Positions 29,759-40,315 of a stretch of DNA of 64,000 nucleotides are shown here, one piece after another. Made by a program: the position numbers and the translations under genes. How positions within the stretch are numbered: the stretch's first letter is position 1; every line of letters starts with the position of its first letter. A model generated the notes under the pieces. It was given only the letters and a program-made list of their open reading frames with translations, was not told the origin of the DNA and did not search any database. This DNA is from Waterburya sp. (GTDB lineage Bacteria > Cyanobacteriota > Cyanobacteriia > Cyanobacteriales > Xenococcaceae): positions 4,064,001-4,128,000 of the forward strand of contig CBDCJV010000002.1 of NCBI GenBank assembly GCA_965217895.1, given 5' to 3'.

Positions 29759-30532
29759 TTGGTGGATAAAAACACAGTTAATGAACTTCTTCAGCAATAT
29801 TCTTCAGGGATAAGGCGATTTCATCAAGCACAACTTGAACAAGCAGATCTAAAAGAACAATTTTTGAGTCAAGTTGATTTAAAAGAAGCCAATCTTAATC
29901 GCGCCAACCTTAAAAATGCCGATTTGAGTGATGCTGATTTAAGTAAATCATCTTTAGTCAACGCAGATTTAAGTAAAGCTCATTTGAGTCGTATAAATTT
30001 GGTAAATGCCAATCTTACTGGAGCAGACTTGAGTGAATCAATTCTCAATCGAGCAGATTTAAGTAAAGCTTGTTTAATTAATGCTCGTTTAACTTCAGCA
30101 GTCGCCATAGAAGCTAATTTTAGCAACGCTAATTTATCAGGAGCTAATTTGAACGCCACAGATCTCAGCACTGCAAATCTTGCAGGAGCTTTCTATGATA
30201 ATAATACCAGTTTTCCTGCTGATTTTGATCCCGTGAGCAGAGGAATGATCGGCGAGTGTAATATTAAAGAATTAATTGCTCAGTTCGATCATCTTTGTCA
30301 GTGCAGTAATAAATATTTGGGAGGTACAATGACTACCAAGTATTTTAATTCCTCTCGCCCAGATTTTGATTGGCTCAATCAATTTGCGATCGATAAGTCT
30401 AGTCAGGTATCGTTTCAGGGAGATTTAGCAGATTCAATCAGCCCTCAGCAGCTACATTGGTTTCAAACTTGGATGGATTCTTTTATTAAATCTTGTTCTC
30501 AAATAATCAAGGATTTCCCAAAGCGAATTTAA
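29759..30532 (+). CDS. Pentapeptide repeat protein
   Basis: Tandem A(D/N)Lxx repeats, then AFYDNNTSFPADFDP. Confidence 0.9.
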   Translation: MVDKNTVNELLQQYSSGIRRFHQAQLEQADLKEQFLSQVDLKEANLNRANLKNADLSDADLSKSSLVNADLSKAHLSRINLVNANLTGADLSESILNRADLSKACLINARLTSAVAIEANFSNANLSGANLNATDLSTANLAGAFYDNNTSFPADFDPVSRGMIGECNIKELIAQFDHLCQCSNKYLGGTMTTKYFNSSRPDFDWLNQFAIDKSSQVSFQGDLADSISPQQLHWFQTWMDSFIKSCSQIIKDFPKRI

Positions 30533-30707
30533 GTTTTATTAATCAATTATTTCAGTATAAATACGCATTAATTTTCGATACAGATAATATCTTAAGCTGC
30601 TGCCAAACTAAAAATTTTTAAACTCTTTAATGATTTAGACTGAAATATCTTTCTAAATCCAATTGACATCAAAAATTATACAATCTATCTATTAGTGCGA
30701 CTCGTTT

Positions 30708-30852
30708 AGTAGAAAGGTACTAATTTAGTACGGGGATTACTAGCATGGAATGGCTAATGCCTCAAAGCAAGCCAATACAACCATGACAACTGAATATCCA
30801 TGAGAGTTCCCGAACTCCTGTTACAAGGATTAAGGTTAGTCACCTTTCTACT
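30708..30852. mobile_element. Candidate MITE or IS remnant at the left edge of the island
   Basis: Terminal inverted repeats AGTAGAAAGGT-ACTAA and TTAGTCACCTTTCTACT (one indel). No ORF inside. Confidence 0.45.
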
Positions 30853-30909
30853 TATCATTTGTTCCTATTTGGTAATTTGATATTTTTGGTAGATCTTTCC
30901 TTTTCCTGT

Positions 30910-31650
30910 TTACACATATCCACCGCTGGCGGGAAACGTATGTCCTGTAATCCAACTACACTGCTCGCTCACCACAAATGCCACGACATCTGCAATATCA
31001 TCTGGTTGTCCGATGCGATTAAAGGGAGATTGAGCAGCAGCAGCAGCTTTCGATTTGTCTATAGAGTCTTTAAACTCTTCTGTCTCAGTCGGACCAGGTG
31101 CGACACAATTGACGGTAATGCCGCGATCGCCTAACTCAATTGACAGCACTTTGCTCATGCCTTCAACGGCTGTTTTGCTGCCCACGTAAAGACCGTATCC
31201 TGCGGGTGGACGAACCACCAGACCGCTAGAGATATTTACGATTCGTCCGTTATTATTAAGTCGTCGCGCTGCTTCTCGCATACAAAAAAACGCACCTTTG
31301 GCATTAAGCCCAAACATTTTATCGAAGGTATCATCGTCCGTATCGGCGATCGCACTAATCAAACGAATTCCCGCCACATTTACTACTATGTCGGGCTTGC
31401 CAAACTCTTGTTCGGCGAGGTCGAATAACGCTGCTACGCGATCGCTCTGACTCAAATCTGCCTGCACGGCGATTGCTTTACCTTTGTTTGCCTCAATGCG
31501 TTGTACGACCTGTTGAGCAGCATCTTCATGCCCGCTATAATGCACCACAACTGCTGCACCCTCTCTTGACAGGCGATCGCAGATAGCCGAACCAATTCCG
31601 CCCGATCCCCCTGTGACTATTGCAACTTTATCTTTTAATGTTGTTGGCAT
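30910..31650 (-). CDS. SDR-family oxidoreductase
   Basis: TGGSGGIG, NVAG, YVGSK, VNCVAPG. Confidence 0.92.
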   Translation of the reverse strand: MPTTLKDKVAIVTGGSGGIGSAICDRLSREGAAVVVHYSGHEDAAQQVVQRIEANKGKAIAVQADLSQSDRVAALFDLAEQEFGKPDIVVNVAGIRLISAIADTDDDTFDKMFGLNAKGAFFCMREAARRLNNNGRIVNISSGLVVRPPAGYGLYVGSKTAVEGMSKVLSIELGDRGITVNCVAPGPTETEEFKDSIDKSKAAAAAQSPFNRIGQPDDIADVVAFVVSEQCSWITGHTFPASGGYV

Positions 31651-31721
31651 ATTCTCTCCTTAATTTTTTTAGCCTTTGCAAGCATAAATCCTCTCATCGT
31701 GAACCTTGCAACGGGATGTAC

Positions 31722-32177
31722 TCAATTGACTGCTTTTTCGCTATGGGTTGGATAAGTGCCTGGCGGACCGAGAATTTCGTCGCCGATCTCAGCACTAATG
31801 CGCTCCATCAATGCCATATCTGGCGTTGCTTCTCGTTCTAGCGTCCCCGTTTCGGCAATTAGCCGAGCAAAGCCACTGGGCGCAGCGACCACCAACATAC
31901 GGGCGGGCTGACTGCTAAGGGCAGCGACGGTGTGGGGAATGCCAGTCTGAATCAGAAAACTTTCACCAGCCTTTAATACAGCCTTTTGCTCGCCAGCCCA
32001 GGCTGTAAACTCTCCTTCTAGTAAATAGATTTGTTCAGAATGGCGGGTGTGACGGTGAAGGGGAGTCTGTGTACCAGCAGGGAAGTAGCCTTCAATGAGA
32101 TCGTATTGACCACCCGTTGCCCTATGGTCGGCAATGATGCGGAAGTAGGCATCCAGAAACCAAAGTGATTGTGTCAT
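31722..32177 (-). CDS. Cupin-domain protein (quercetin dioxygenase-like)
   Basis: PLHRHTRHSEQIYLLEG...GIPH. ATG 32177 follows an AGGAG RBS. Confidence 0.85.
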   Translation of the reverse strand: MTQSLWFLDAYFRIIADHRATGGQYDLIEGYFPAGTQTPLHRHTRHSEQIYLLEGEFTAWAGEQKAVLKAGESFLIQTGIPHTVAALSSQPARMLVVAAPSGFARLIAETGTLEREATPDMALMERISAEIGDEILGPPGTYPTHSEKAVN

Positions 32178-32213
32178 GAGATTGCTCCTAAGTTGTTTTG
32201 TTTGTTGCAATGC

Positions 32214-32990
32214 TTACGCTCCCTGTGCCTCTGCCCGCATAAATCCCCCATCCATAACGTAAGTAGAACCCGTCACATAGTCCGAGTCAGACGAGGCTAA
32301 GAACAATGCTAGTTTGGCAACTTCTTCGGGCTGGGCTGCACGCTTCATGGGAATACTTTGCTCCATTGTTTGGCGCAGCTTAGGATCGTCAATAGCCTTC
32401 TGGTTGATGGGCGTTAGGGTCATACCTGGAGCTAGATTGTTGACGTTGATTCCGTCTTCGGCTAGTTCTAAAGCCAGCGTCCAGCTAAGACTGCGTAAGC
32501 CACCCTTGGACGCGCAGTAGTCAGCCGTATTAGGCGTGACCACTTCCTCATGAATAGAGGTTACGTTGATAATTTTTCCCTGACCGCCTTGTTCTTGGCG
32601 ATGACGGGCAAAAAGGCGACACAGGTAGAACGGGCCAAATAGGTTGGTACGGATCGTCCTTTCAAACTCTTCGACTGGCATTTCCACAACAGATTTATGA
32701 GCGCCGTTCGTACCAGCATTGTTGACCAAAATATCTAGCGTCTTAAACTCAGCTTGTGCCTGCTCGAACAACGCTTCTACCTGGTTAGAGTCACTTACAT
32801 CAGCTTGAACGACAAAGGCTCGCTGACCAGCAGCTTCGACCTTCGTGCGCGTTTCTTCTGCGCCTTCTTTGTCGGTATGGTAAACAATAATAATGTCTGC
32901 TCCTTCTTGGGCAAACTGACAGGCGATCGCCTGTCCGATACCTGAATCTGAGCCAGTAACCAGAGCAGTTTTATGGGTAAGTTTTTTCAT
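32214..32990 (-). CDS. SDR oxidoreductase, glucose 1-dehydrogenase-like
   Basis: TGSDSGIG, LVNNAG, TSIHE, YCASKGG, NNLAPG..TPIN. Confidence 0.9.
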   Translation of the reverse strand: MKKLTHKTALVTGSDSGIGQAIACQFAQEGADIIIVYHTDKEGAEETRTKVEAAGQRAFVVQADVSDSNQVEALFEQAQAEFKTLDILVNNAGTNGAHKSVVEMPVEEFERTIRTNLFGPFYLCRLFARHRQEQGGQGKIINVTSIHEEVVTPNTADYCASKGGLRSLSWTLALELAEDGINVNNLAPGMTLTPINQKAIDDPKLRQTMEQSIPMKRAAQPEEVAKLALFLASSDSDYVTGSTYVMDGGFMRAEAQGA

Positions 32991-33026
32991 AGTAATATTT
33001 ACGAGATGATTTCAAACAAAATCTTT

Positions 33027-33160
33027 TTAAGAATCCAATTGCTAGAAAAATTACAATGCAGATCTCAGATAAGGAAATGTTAACGAGCTATATGAAATTA
33101 GCTTAAACCAAGTAGACTGAGCATTTCTTCCTCGTTCTTGCCTAAACTTGTCAAATCTTG
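33027..33160 (-). promoter_or_regulatory. Duplicated promoter region, copy A (upstream of SDR-cupin-SDR)
   Basis: Colinear with 41496-41644: TTAAGAATC..AGAAAAATTACAAT..GATCTC..GCTTAAACCAA..GCATTTCTTC..TTCTTGCC..ACTTG..AATCTTG. Confidence 0.65.
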
Positions 33161-33180
33161 TCTAAAGGAGTTATATTTTT

Positions 33181-34083
33181 ATGCCCTCTATTAAAAACGA
33201 CCAATATCTCTTTGAGTTTGAAACTGTACAGGTTAATGAACAGGGTCAGATTATCGAACGAAAGCAGAGTCAAGCATTTGCCTTTAGTGAACTCTTGGCA
33301 GATGAAATTGAACTAGAAATGGTAGCAATACCCAACGGTAAATTTATGATGGGTTCGTCAGAGTCTGAATATGATCGCTCGGAAGAGGAAAAGCCTCAAC
33401 ATCCAGTCACCATGCAACCGTTTTTTATGGGAAAGTATCCAGTCACCCAAGTGCAATGGCAGACGATCGCCAAGACTTTACCAGTAGAGCGAGAACTAGA
33501 CCCCGACCCATCTGCATTTGAAGGCGATAATCTACCCATAGAAGCTATTTATTGGGATGAAGCCATTGAATTTTGTCACCGCTTATCACGAGAGACAGGA
33601 CGAAGTTATCGACTACCGACGGAAGCAGAATGGGAATATGCTTGTCGGGCTGGAACTAAAACCCCTTTTAATTTTGGTCAGACAATTACTTCTGATTTAG
33701 CCAATTATCGAGGTACTGATGTTACAGATCCGAAATTGTCATTATCAGGTTTTTACGATCGAGGTCCAAAAGGTATTTACCGTCAAGAAACGACTCCAGT
33801 AGATACTTTTTTGCCGAATGCCTTTGGCTTATATGATATGCATGGAAATGTGTCGGAATGGTGCTTAGATCGTTGGCATGGTGATTATAAAGGCGCACCC
33901 GCTGACGGAAGTAGTTGGATATCTGATGGTGATGATAATGTAGTTATGCGGGGTGGTTCTTGGGATGCCTTTCCGCGTCTTTGCCGTTCTGCAAGTCGCC
34001 AACTCCAGTCTCCAGAAAGATACATCAGCCGACTTTGCACTATTGGTTTTCGAGTTGTCTGTGAGATTCCCAGAACTCCGTAA
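33181..34083 (+). CDS. Formylglycine-generating enzyme (SUMF1/FGE-sulfatase) domain protein
   Basis: FMMGS, YPVTQ.QW, YRLPTEAEWEYACRAG, NAFGLYDMHGNVSEWC, RGGSW, GFRVV. Confidence 0.92.
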   Translation: MPSIKNDQYLFEFETVQVNEQGQIIERKQSQAFAFSELLADEIELEMVAIPNGKFMMGSSESEYDRSEEEKPQHPVTMQPFFMGKYPVTQVQWQTIAKTLPVERELDPDPSAFEGDNLPIEAIYWDEAIEFCHRLSRETGRSYRLPTEAEWEYACRAGTKTPFNFGQTITSDLANYRGTDVTDPKLSLSGFYDRGPKGIYRQETTPVDTFLPNAFGLYDMHGNVSEWCLDRWHGDYKGAPADGSSWISDGDDNVVMRGGSWDAFPRLCRSASRQLQSPERYISRLCTIGFRVVCEIPRTP

Positions 34084-34148
34084 TTCTTTAGACCCAATTA
34101 TTCGGTACCGAGGGCGGTTTTACGGGCAAGTTTTTTTATATAGATGCT

Positions 34149-34862
34149 TTAGTTGGATCGTCGGGTTTCAGATATTTTTAGCTGATAAAATGCTAGTAAT
34201 AGCAACAGCAAAGCAACTGCCGTTATTGTCAAGTTTTTCAAGTAAAGTACCATACCAGCTCCACCTCCTGCGCCGAGGATGAAAGCCAGCCAGAGCGAAC
34301 CAATAAGAGGGGAAGTGGGATCGCCTCGCCTCTGGCGGTCAGTAGCCGAAGCTGGCGTTGAAGCAAGATGGTGATGCCTTCGATCAAACTCATGCTTAAT
34401 TAGCTTAGTAACCATGCCAGTAACATAAGTGGTATGTACGCTAACGCCATTTGCTTTTTGTAAAGCACCGTTCTGTAGTCCGAGAGCCAGACACATAAAA
34501 CTAATGAACAGTTCTCGATTATATGACTGATGAAGATTTCTACTAAAACCAGCAGCTATGAAAACTATAGTGGCTTCTAAAAAAAGCGCAGTGGTCAAGG
34601 AAAATCTCGAGAATTTGCGTTTTGCTAAGTGTTCCGTAGTCAAACTCAATAGAAGACCGAGCCAGAAAACAGCGATCGCCAAAAAACGATCCATAGCCAC
34701 CGACCATTCACGATTGACGAGACTGACGGCAGCCAAAATAGAATTTCCCGTGATATGTCCAGTAAAGGTTTGAGCCAGAAGATAGCTAGACGCATCGACA
34801 TAGCCGCCAACAAACGCTAGTCCTAAAGAGATCCAAGTTTCCCGATTTTTGACTATACTCAT
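34149..34862 (-). CDS. YoaK/DUF1275 family membrane protein
   Basis: LAFVGGYVDA, FTGHITGN, ALGLQN, TTYVTG, FILGA. Confidence 0.88.
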   Translation of the reverse strand: MSIVKNRETWISLGLAFVGGYVDASSYLLAQTFTGHITGNSILAAVSLVNREWSVAMDRFLAIAVFWLGLLLSLTTEHLAKRKFSRFSLTTALFLEATIVFIAAGFSRNLHQSYNRELFISFMCLALGLQNGALQKANGVSVHTTYVTGMVTKLIKHEFDRRHHHLASTPASATDRQRRGDPTSPLIGSLWLAFILGAGGGAGMVLYLKNLTITAVALLLLLLAFYQLKISETRRSN

Positions 34863-34936
34863 TCTTGGTTCTCTTACAGCCGAAAGTGTCTTTATTTAAA
34901 AAGCTCTTAGCTCTTAGCTATTAGCTTTTAGCTATA

Positions 34937-36580
34937 TTATGCGAGTTTTTTGTACTCTGGTTTGTAGACCTGCTGGCGAATGAATGTCTCAAGATCATTA
35001 GGGCGACCGACGCGGGCTAAATCGCTATCAAACACCAGCTTTGCCACCCGAATCGCCGTTTTGATTTCGATTTCGAGAATGTCGGACTGCAACGGATAAA
35101 TTAGCCCTTGTTTCATCTGGTCTTCTGGCACTTGGTCGGCAACGGCGTAAGCAGCCTCGATGAACATCTCATCAGAGACACGCTTGGCTTGCGTTGCATA
35201 GATAGCTAAACCAACTGCTGGAAAAATATAGAAATTGTTGGCTTGCCCAGGTAAAAAGGTCTTGCCGTCTAAATGAACGGGAGAAAACTGTACGCCAGCA
35301 GCGTAGATTGCCTTCCCCTTTGACCATTTATATGCCTGTTGGGCAGTACATTCGGCGTGTTCTGTCGGATTTGAAAGTGCTAGAATGACAGGGCGATCGT
35401 TTAGCTGCGACATCGTTTCGACCACCTCTTGAGAGAAAGCGCCGCCAACGGTGCTGACCCCAATAATTGTAGTAGGCTTAAGGCTCTTAATCGCTTCTAT
35501 AAAGTCTTTGGTGGGGTCATGCTTATGAGCGTAGGGCTTCTGGAAGTCTACGAGATCTGTACGAGTAGTTTCTAATAGTCCGTTGATATCAAACATCGAC
35601 ACCCGTGACTGAGCGTCTTTAAGCTCCATGCCCTGCTGCACGAGAGCGGTACAGAGCAAGTTAGCCAGACCAATTGCTGCTGAGCCTGCCCCCAAGAACA
35701 GATACTTCTCGTCTTTTAGTTCTGTGCCTTTAAGTTTGGTCGCGTTAATCATCCCTGCTAAGGTAATGCCTGCTGTACCCTGTACATCGTCGTTGTAGCA
35801 AGATACTTTGTCTCGATAGCGTTCTAGCAAATGAACCGCATCTACCCCCGTCCAGTCTTCAAAGTGGATGCAGCATTTGGGAAACACTTCCTGCACAGCA
35901 TCGACAAATTCATCTACAAAAGAATAAAGGTCTTCAGTGGAAGGACGGGGCTTTTGCAAGCCTAAATACAGCGGATCGTTTAAGTACTGCTCGTTATTTG
36001 TGCCAGCATCGAGATAGATAGGCAATAAGCCTTCTGGAGGAACACCCGCAGCAGCCGTGTAAAGCTGTAGCTTGCCTATGGGAATGCCCATACCGTTAGC
36101 ACCAAGATCGCCCAATCCTAGAATGCGTCCGCCATTGGTAACACAGATAACTCTGACATCTTTAACAGACCAGTTACGCAGAATCTCTTTTACCTGTCCT
36201 CGACGCTCGATTGAGATATACATACCTCTTGGGCTGCGGAAAATATGTCCAAACTTGAGACAAGCTTCACCAATGGTAGGGTCATAGACAATAGGTAGAA
36301 ACCGCGTTGGATCGGACATAATAGTTCGATAGAACAAGGTTTCATCATGATCTAGTAGATTCATTAGATAGATATATCGGTCGAGGTCGGTATTCTTGTT
36401 GCCAAGTTGCTGCATCACGCGCTTAAGCTGTAGATCTTCAGACTCAATTTTGTCGGGGATTAGCCCGATCAAACCGAGTGACTTTTTTTCATCTTCTGTG
36501 TAGGCGGTGGACTTATTCAATGCTGGGTCAAGTAGTAATTCAACGCCATGCTTGTTTGTCTTGTTCGTTTCAGTAGTCAT
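34937..36580 (-). CDS. maeA: NAD(P)-dependent malic enzyme (MaeA/SfcA type)
   Basis: PIVYDPTIG, RILGLGDLG..GMGIPIGK, HFED, NDDVQGT, GAGSA, LSNPT, GQANN.YIFP. Confidence 0.9.
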   Translation of the reverse strand: MTTETNKTNKHGVELLLDPALNKSTAYTEDEKKSLGLIGLIPDKIESEDLQLKRVMQQLGNKNTDLDRYIYLMNLLDHDETLFYRTIMSDPTRFLPIVYDPTIGEACLKFGHIFRSPRGMYISIERRGQVKEILRNWSVKDVRVICVTNGGRILGLGDLGANGMGIPIGKLQLYTAAAGVPPEGLLPIYLDAGTNNEQYLNDPLYLGLQKPRPSTEDLYSFVDEFVDAVQEVFPKCCIHFEDWTGVDAVHLLERYRDKVSCYNDDVQGTAGITLAGMINATKLKGTELKDEKYLFLGAGSAAIGLANLLCTALVQQGMELKDAQSRVSMFDINGLLETTRTDLVDFQKPYAHKHDPTKDFIEAIKSLKPTTIIGVSTVGGAFSQEVVETMSQLNDRPVILALSNPTEHAECTAQQAYKWSKGKAIYAAGVQFSPVHLDGKTFLPGQANNFYIFPAVGLAIYATQAKRVSDEMFIEAAYAVADQVPEDQMKQGLIYPLQSDILEIEIKTAIRVAKLVFDSDLARVGRPNDLETFIRQQVYKPEYKKLA

Positions 36581-36648
36581 GTTTTTTGTCCTAATTATTG
36601 AGAGTTATTAATGAAAATTAATTTGGTCAGATGTACAAGCAAAAGCCT

Positions 36649-38055
36649 CTACGACTTCTTCAGATCCTGGGGACGAACCATCTTGGCGGGAGCGACTACT
36701 TTGTCAAACTCATCAGCAGAAATATATTCCAACTTTAGAGCAGCTTCTTTAAGCGTCATATCGTGGTCAAGCGCATAGTGCGCTACCTTTGAAGACTTAT
36801 CGTAGCCAATCACGGGACTAAGAGCCGTTACTAGCATGAGAGACTGCTTAACAAAGGCATCAATCTGTTTGTGATTGGGTTCTGTGCCAACCACCAAAAA
36901 CTTACTAAAGTTGTGGCAGCTATCGCTCATAATCCGAATCGAGTGCATCACGTTATGAATGATTAGTGGTTTGTAAACGTTCATTTCTAGATAACCACTG
37001 GCACTCCCAAACGTTACCGCCACATCATTGGCTATTACCTGCACTGCCACCATCGCCAAGGCTTCACACTGGGTTGGATTTACCTTTCCTGGCATGATTG
37101 ACGAACCAGGCTCGTTGGCTGGAATATTTAGCTCGTTAATTCCACAGCGCGGTCCACAGCTCAACAGACGAATATCATTGGCAATTTTGTATAGAGAGCT
37201 TGCCAGGGTTTTCAGCGCACCACTGAGCATTACCAGTGCGTCGTGGCTACCCTGCACCGTAAACTTGTTGGGCGCGCTCACAAAGGGCAGTTTAGTAAGA
37301 TTAGCAATCTCTTTGGCAACTGCATCGGCAAATTCAGGCGTTGAATTAATGCCCGTGCCAACTGCCGTACCACCCAGGGCGAGGCGATACACTCCTTTCA
37401 AGCTATCGCTTAGGTGTTCTAAGTCATCATCCAACAATCCTACATAGCCTGAAAACTCCTGTCCTAGTGTCAGCGGTGTTGCATCCTGTAAGTGAGTGCG
37501 ACCAATCTTGACTATATCTTTCCAGATTTCTGCTTTGGCATTGAAAGCATTACGCAGTGCTTTAACCGAGGGCATCAGGTTTTGAGTTACCCCCTTAGCA
37601 GCCGTCATGTACATCGCCGAGGGAAACGAGTCGTTAGACGACTGGGACATATTCACATGATCGTTGGGATGCACAGGCTTTTTGCTGCCCAGCGGATTTC
37701 CCGCTAGCTGACAACAGCGATTAGAAATTACTTCGTTGACATTCATGTTGAACTGAGTGCCACTACCCGTCATCCACACGTACAAGGGAAACTGATCTAA
37801 ATGCTGCCCTGCTAAAATCTCATCGCATACTTGAACAATCAGATCGTGCTGTTCATCTTCTAACTCCCCAGATTGATGATTGACGATCGCGGCTGCTTTT
37901 TTGAGTTCTGCATATGCCCGAATCATCTCGCGGGGAATTAAATCATCCCCAATACTAAAGTGTTCTAGCGATCGCTGGGTCTGCGCTCCCCAAAGCTTGC
38001 CAGCAGGTACTTTTACTTCCCCAAGGCTGTCGGTTTCAACCCGAAAATCAGTCAT
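36649..38055 (-). CDS. fumC: Class II fumarate hydratase
   Basis: [56 protein letters not shown]. Confidence 0.95.
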   Translation of the reverse strand: MTDFRVETDSLGEVKVPAGKLWGAQTQRSLEHFSIGDDLIPREMIRAYAELKKAAAIVNHQSGELEDEQHDLIVQVCDEILAGQHLDQFPLYVWMTGSGTQFNMNVNEVISNRCCQLAGNPLGSKKPVHPNDHVNMSQSSNDSFPSAMYMTAAKGVTQNLMPSVKALRNAFNAKAEIWKDIVKIGRTHLQDATPLTLGQEFSGYVGLLDDDLEHLSDSLKGVYRLALGGTAVGTGINSTPEFADAVAKEIANLTKLPFVSAPNKFTVQGSHDALVMLSGALKTLASSLYKIANDIRLLSCGPRCGINELNIPANEPGSSIMPGKVNPTQCEALAMVAVQVIANDVAVTFGSASGYLEMNVYKPLIIHNVMHSIRIMSDSCHNFSKFLVVGTEPNHKQIDAFVKQSLMLVTALSPVIGYDKSSKVAHYALDHDMTLKEAALKLEYISADEFDKVVAPAKMVRPQDLKKS

Positions 38056-38235
38056 ATGAATGTTCCTATATCTATTTCTTAAATGCTTTACTAGACCGAC
38101 AACTGTCGCTCTATGGAATGATTGCTACATCGAGTAATAAAGCTGGAAAAAAATATTGCTGCGATGGATCTACAACACTAAAGTTGTAAAAATCGGTTTT
38201 TGTCAATTATATATTTGACATAATATACTTTATGA

Positions 38236-38450
38236 TTCAATAAGATCGTGTTGCTCGTTACCTAGCTCTTCAAATTGACGCTCGCAGCCGCTTTTCCGAG
38301 TTCTGCGTATGCTCGAATCATCTCTCGTGGGATTAAGTCATTTCCAATGCTGAAGTGTTCTAGCGATCGCTGGCTCTGCGCGCCTCAAAGCTTGTCAGCA
38401 GATACTTTAACTTCACCGAGGCTATCGGTTTCCAGCCGAAACTCAGCCAG
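38236..38450 (-). pseudogene. fumC: Degenerate second copy of the fumC 5' end
   Basis: [21 protein letters not shown](TGA 38385-38387)[34 protein letters not shown], then a frameshift to [10 protein letters not shown] (fumC has [10 protein letters not shown]). Confidence 0.88.
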
Positions 38451-38580
38451 ATAGCCACTCTTATAACTAAGTGATGTTTAAAACCTTATACGTCCTGAGT
38501 TGTGGTTCTTAGAGGTATGGTATAGAAAGAACTCTCTTGCTCGAGCGCTCATTTTTTCAAGCAAAATAATTGCTGCTGTT

Positions 38581-39486
38581 TTAGGAAGATCCTTGGCTGA
38601 GAAATTGTTTAATTGTCATGGGTTTGATGTCAGGATAGCGATCGTTTTGAATGCGATCTAGTTTGCCCTTGCCCGATACCATCGCGTAAATGTACTGGTC
38701 GTAAACATATTCTTCGATTGAACTGGCTGACGCTTTTTTGTCAGCAATCCAGGCTTTCATCTCAGAGATACTACCCAATGATTTTTCGGTTAGTTTGTTG
38801 CCTGTCGCTGCTTCATAAGTAGACTTCAACTGTTTTGGGGTCATAGTGTCACCTGCGACTTCCAGCGCGGTGTTTGCTAGGTCTGGGTCGCTCACCGCTT
38901 CGGCTGTGTACTTGGCAGTATCATCAGTAGTCGTAAAATTCATCGGCATTTCACCATCGCCCCAATATTGAAATGCCTGATGTTCTAGGTCAAACAGTGG
39001 CATATAGGTGATGTACTCCATAAACATCCCGTTCAAAACTAGGGTGTATTCCAAACCGCTTTGCTGAAGATGCTCAAACACTTCCTTGCGCATATCTAAA
39101 TTGTGATTGTCGCCATAATCGAGCTGGCGATAGTCAGCAGAATAATCTGAGGGAATGAACCGCTTCACCCCTTGCTGTTTGGCAGCATCAATCAAGTTTT
39201 TCTGTCCTGGCACAGTCACTTCACTATTCCCAATCGCCGAGACGACAACATCGACCCCTGCGCAGGCTGGCAGTAACGTCTCAGGCTGCATTACATCGGC
39301 TTCGACGAGGGTTGCGCCCTTGGCTTTCATTGCGTCTATCTTTTGACGATTTTCTGGCTTGGGATCGTTACTTTGTCGCACCATTGCGCGAACATTAAGA
39401 TTACCTTTGTCGAGTAGAGCAAGAACAATCTTAGAACCTAGCATTCCAGTAGAGCCAGCGACTAAAACCGTTAATTTTGTAGCCAT
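38581..39486 (-). CDS. NmrA / isoflavone reductase-like NAD(P)-binding protein
   Basis: VAGSTGMLG, GVDVVVSA, LIDAAKQQGVKRFIPSDY. Confidence 0.88.
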   Translation of the reverse strand: MATKLTVLVAGSTGMLGSKIVLALLDKGNLNVRAMVRQSNDPKPENRQKIDAMKAKGATLVEADVMQPETLLPACAGVDVVVSAIGNSEVTVPGQKNLIDAAKQQGVKRFIPSDYSADYRQLDYGDNHNLDMRKEVFEHLQQSGLEYTLVLNGMFMEYITYMPLFDLEHQAFQYWGDGEMPMNFTTTDDTAKYTAEAVSDPDLANTALEVAGDTMTPKQLKSTYEAATGNKLTEKSLGSISEMKAWIADKKASASSIEEYVYDQYIYAMVSGKGKLDRIQNDRYPDIKPMTIKQFLSQGSS

Positions 39487-39627
39487 GATTGATTTTCCTC
39501 TTAAAGTTTACAGAAATTGTTCTTTGTTGCTATTTCTCAATGAGACAGGCTTATTACCTAAAAAGTAATTGCACAAAAAGCGATCGAGTTGTTGGAGCTA
39601 AACTCGAAGCGTCCAGTGTCGGGGAAT

Positions 39628-40137
39628 TTAGTCTGTAAAACCTTCTAAGTAAATAGTTTTAGCAGCAGGATATTTTTCAACAACTGACTCAAGCACTTTG
39701 TTTGCTTCTTCTTGAGTCGGAAAAGACACTGAAGGGGGTAAAGTACGTGCTTCTGCGGGTACAGTCGTTGCCATAATCACATATTCAAACCCTGCGGGCA
39801 CATAAGTATTGATGAGTCGTACTGTTTCTGAGTCGATTTGAAAGGCGTGTTTTGTGCCTGGTGGAATTGCCACAAACGAGCCAGCGGTTCCTTTAATTGG
39901 CTTATCTTCAACAAAGAAGGTGGCTTCGCCTTCGAGGATGTAGAAGGTTTCCTGTGCTACCTCATGGATATGCGGTCCTGCTGATGGACCTTGCGGTATT
40001 AACTGCTCTATACAGGAGTAGGCTCCATTCGTATCTTCGGCAGTCGCCAGCATAGTCCAGAGAATACCCAAACCCCAGTAAGCAGGAGCCTCAGTATTGC
40101 TGGCTTCAAAAGCTTGTAGCTTATTTTGTGCATTCAT
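39628..40137 (-). CDS. Cupin-domain protein (quercetin dioxygenase-like)
   Basis: GPHIHEVAQETFYILEG...IPPGTKHAF..PAGFE. ATG 40137 follows an AAGGA RBS. Confidence 0.85.
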   Translation of the reverse strand: MNAQNKLQAFEASNTEAPAYWGLGILWTMLATAEDTNGAYSCIEQLIPQGPSAGPHIHEVAQETFYILEGEATFFVEDKPIKGTAGSFVAIPPGTKHAFQIDSETVRLINTYVPAGFEYVIMATTVPAEARTLPPSVSFPTQEEANKVLESVVEKYPAAKTIYLEGFTD

Positions 40138-40315
40138 ATATAAATCCTTTAATTTGATAGGTGATGACAGCGATCGCCGACTTTTCATCTTGATCGGGTT
40201 CAAATTGAGTTTAGTGCGAACCCAATCTATTGTTTAACGATTCCAATTTTCTCAAGTCTTCACCGCTATAGCTTGCAACCTTAATTTAGTGCCATTTATA
40301 CATAGCTTAATAAGT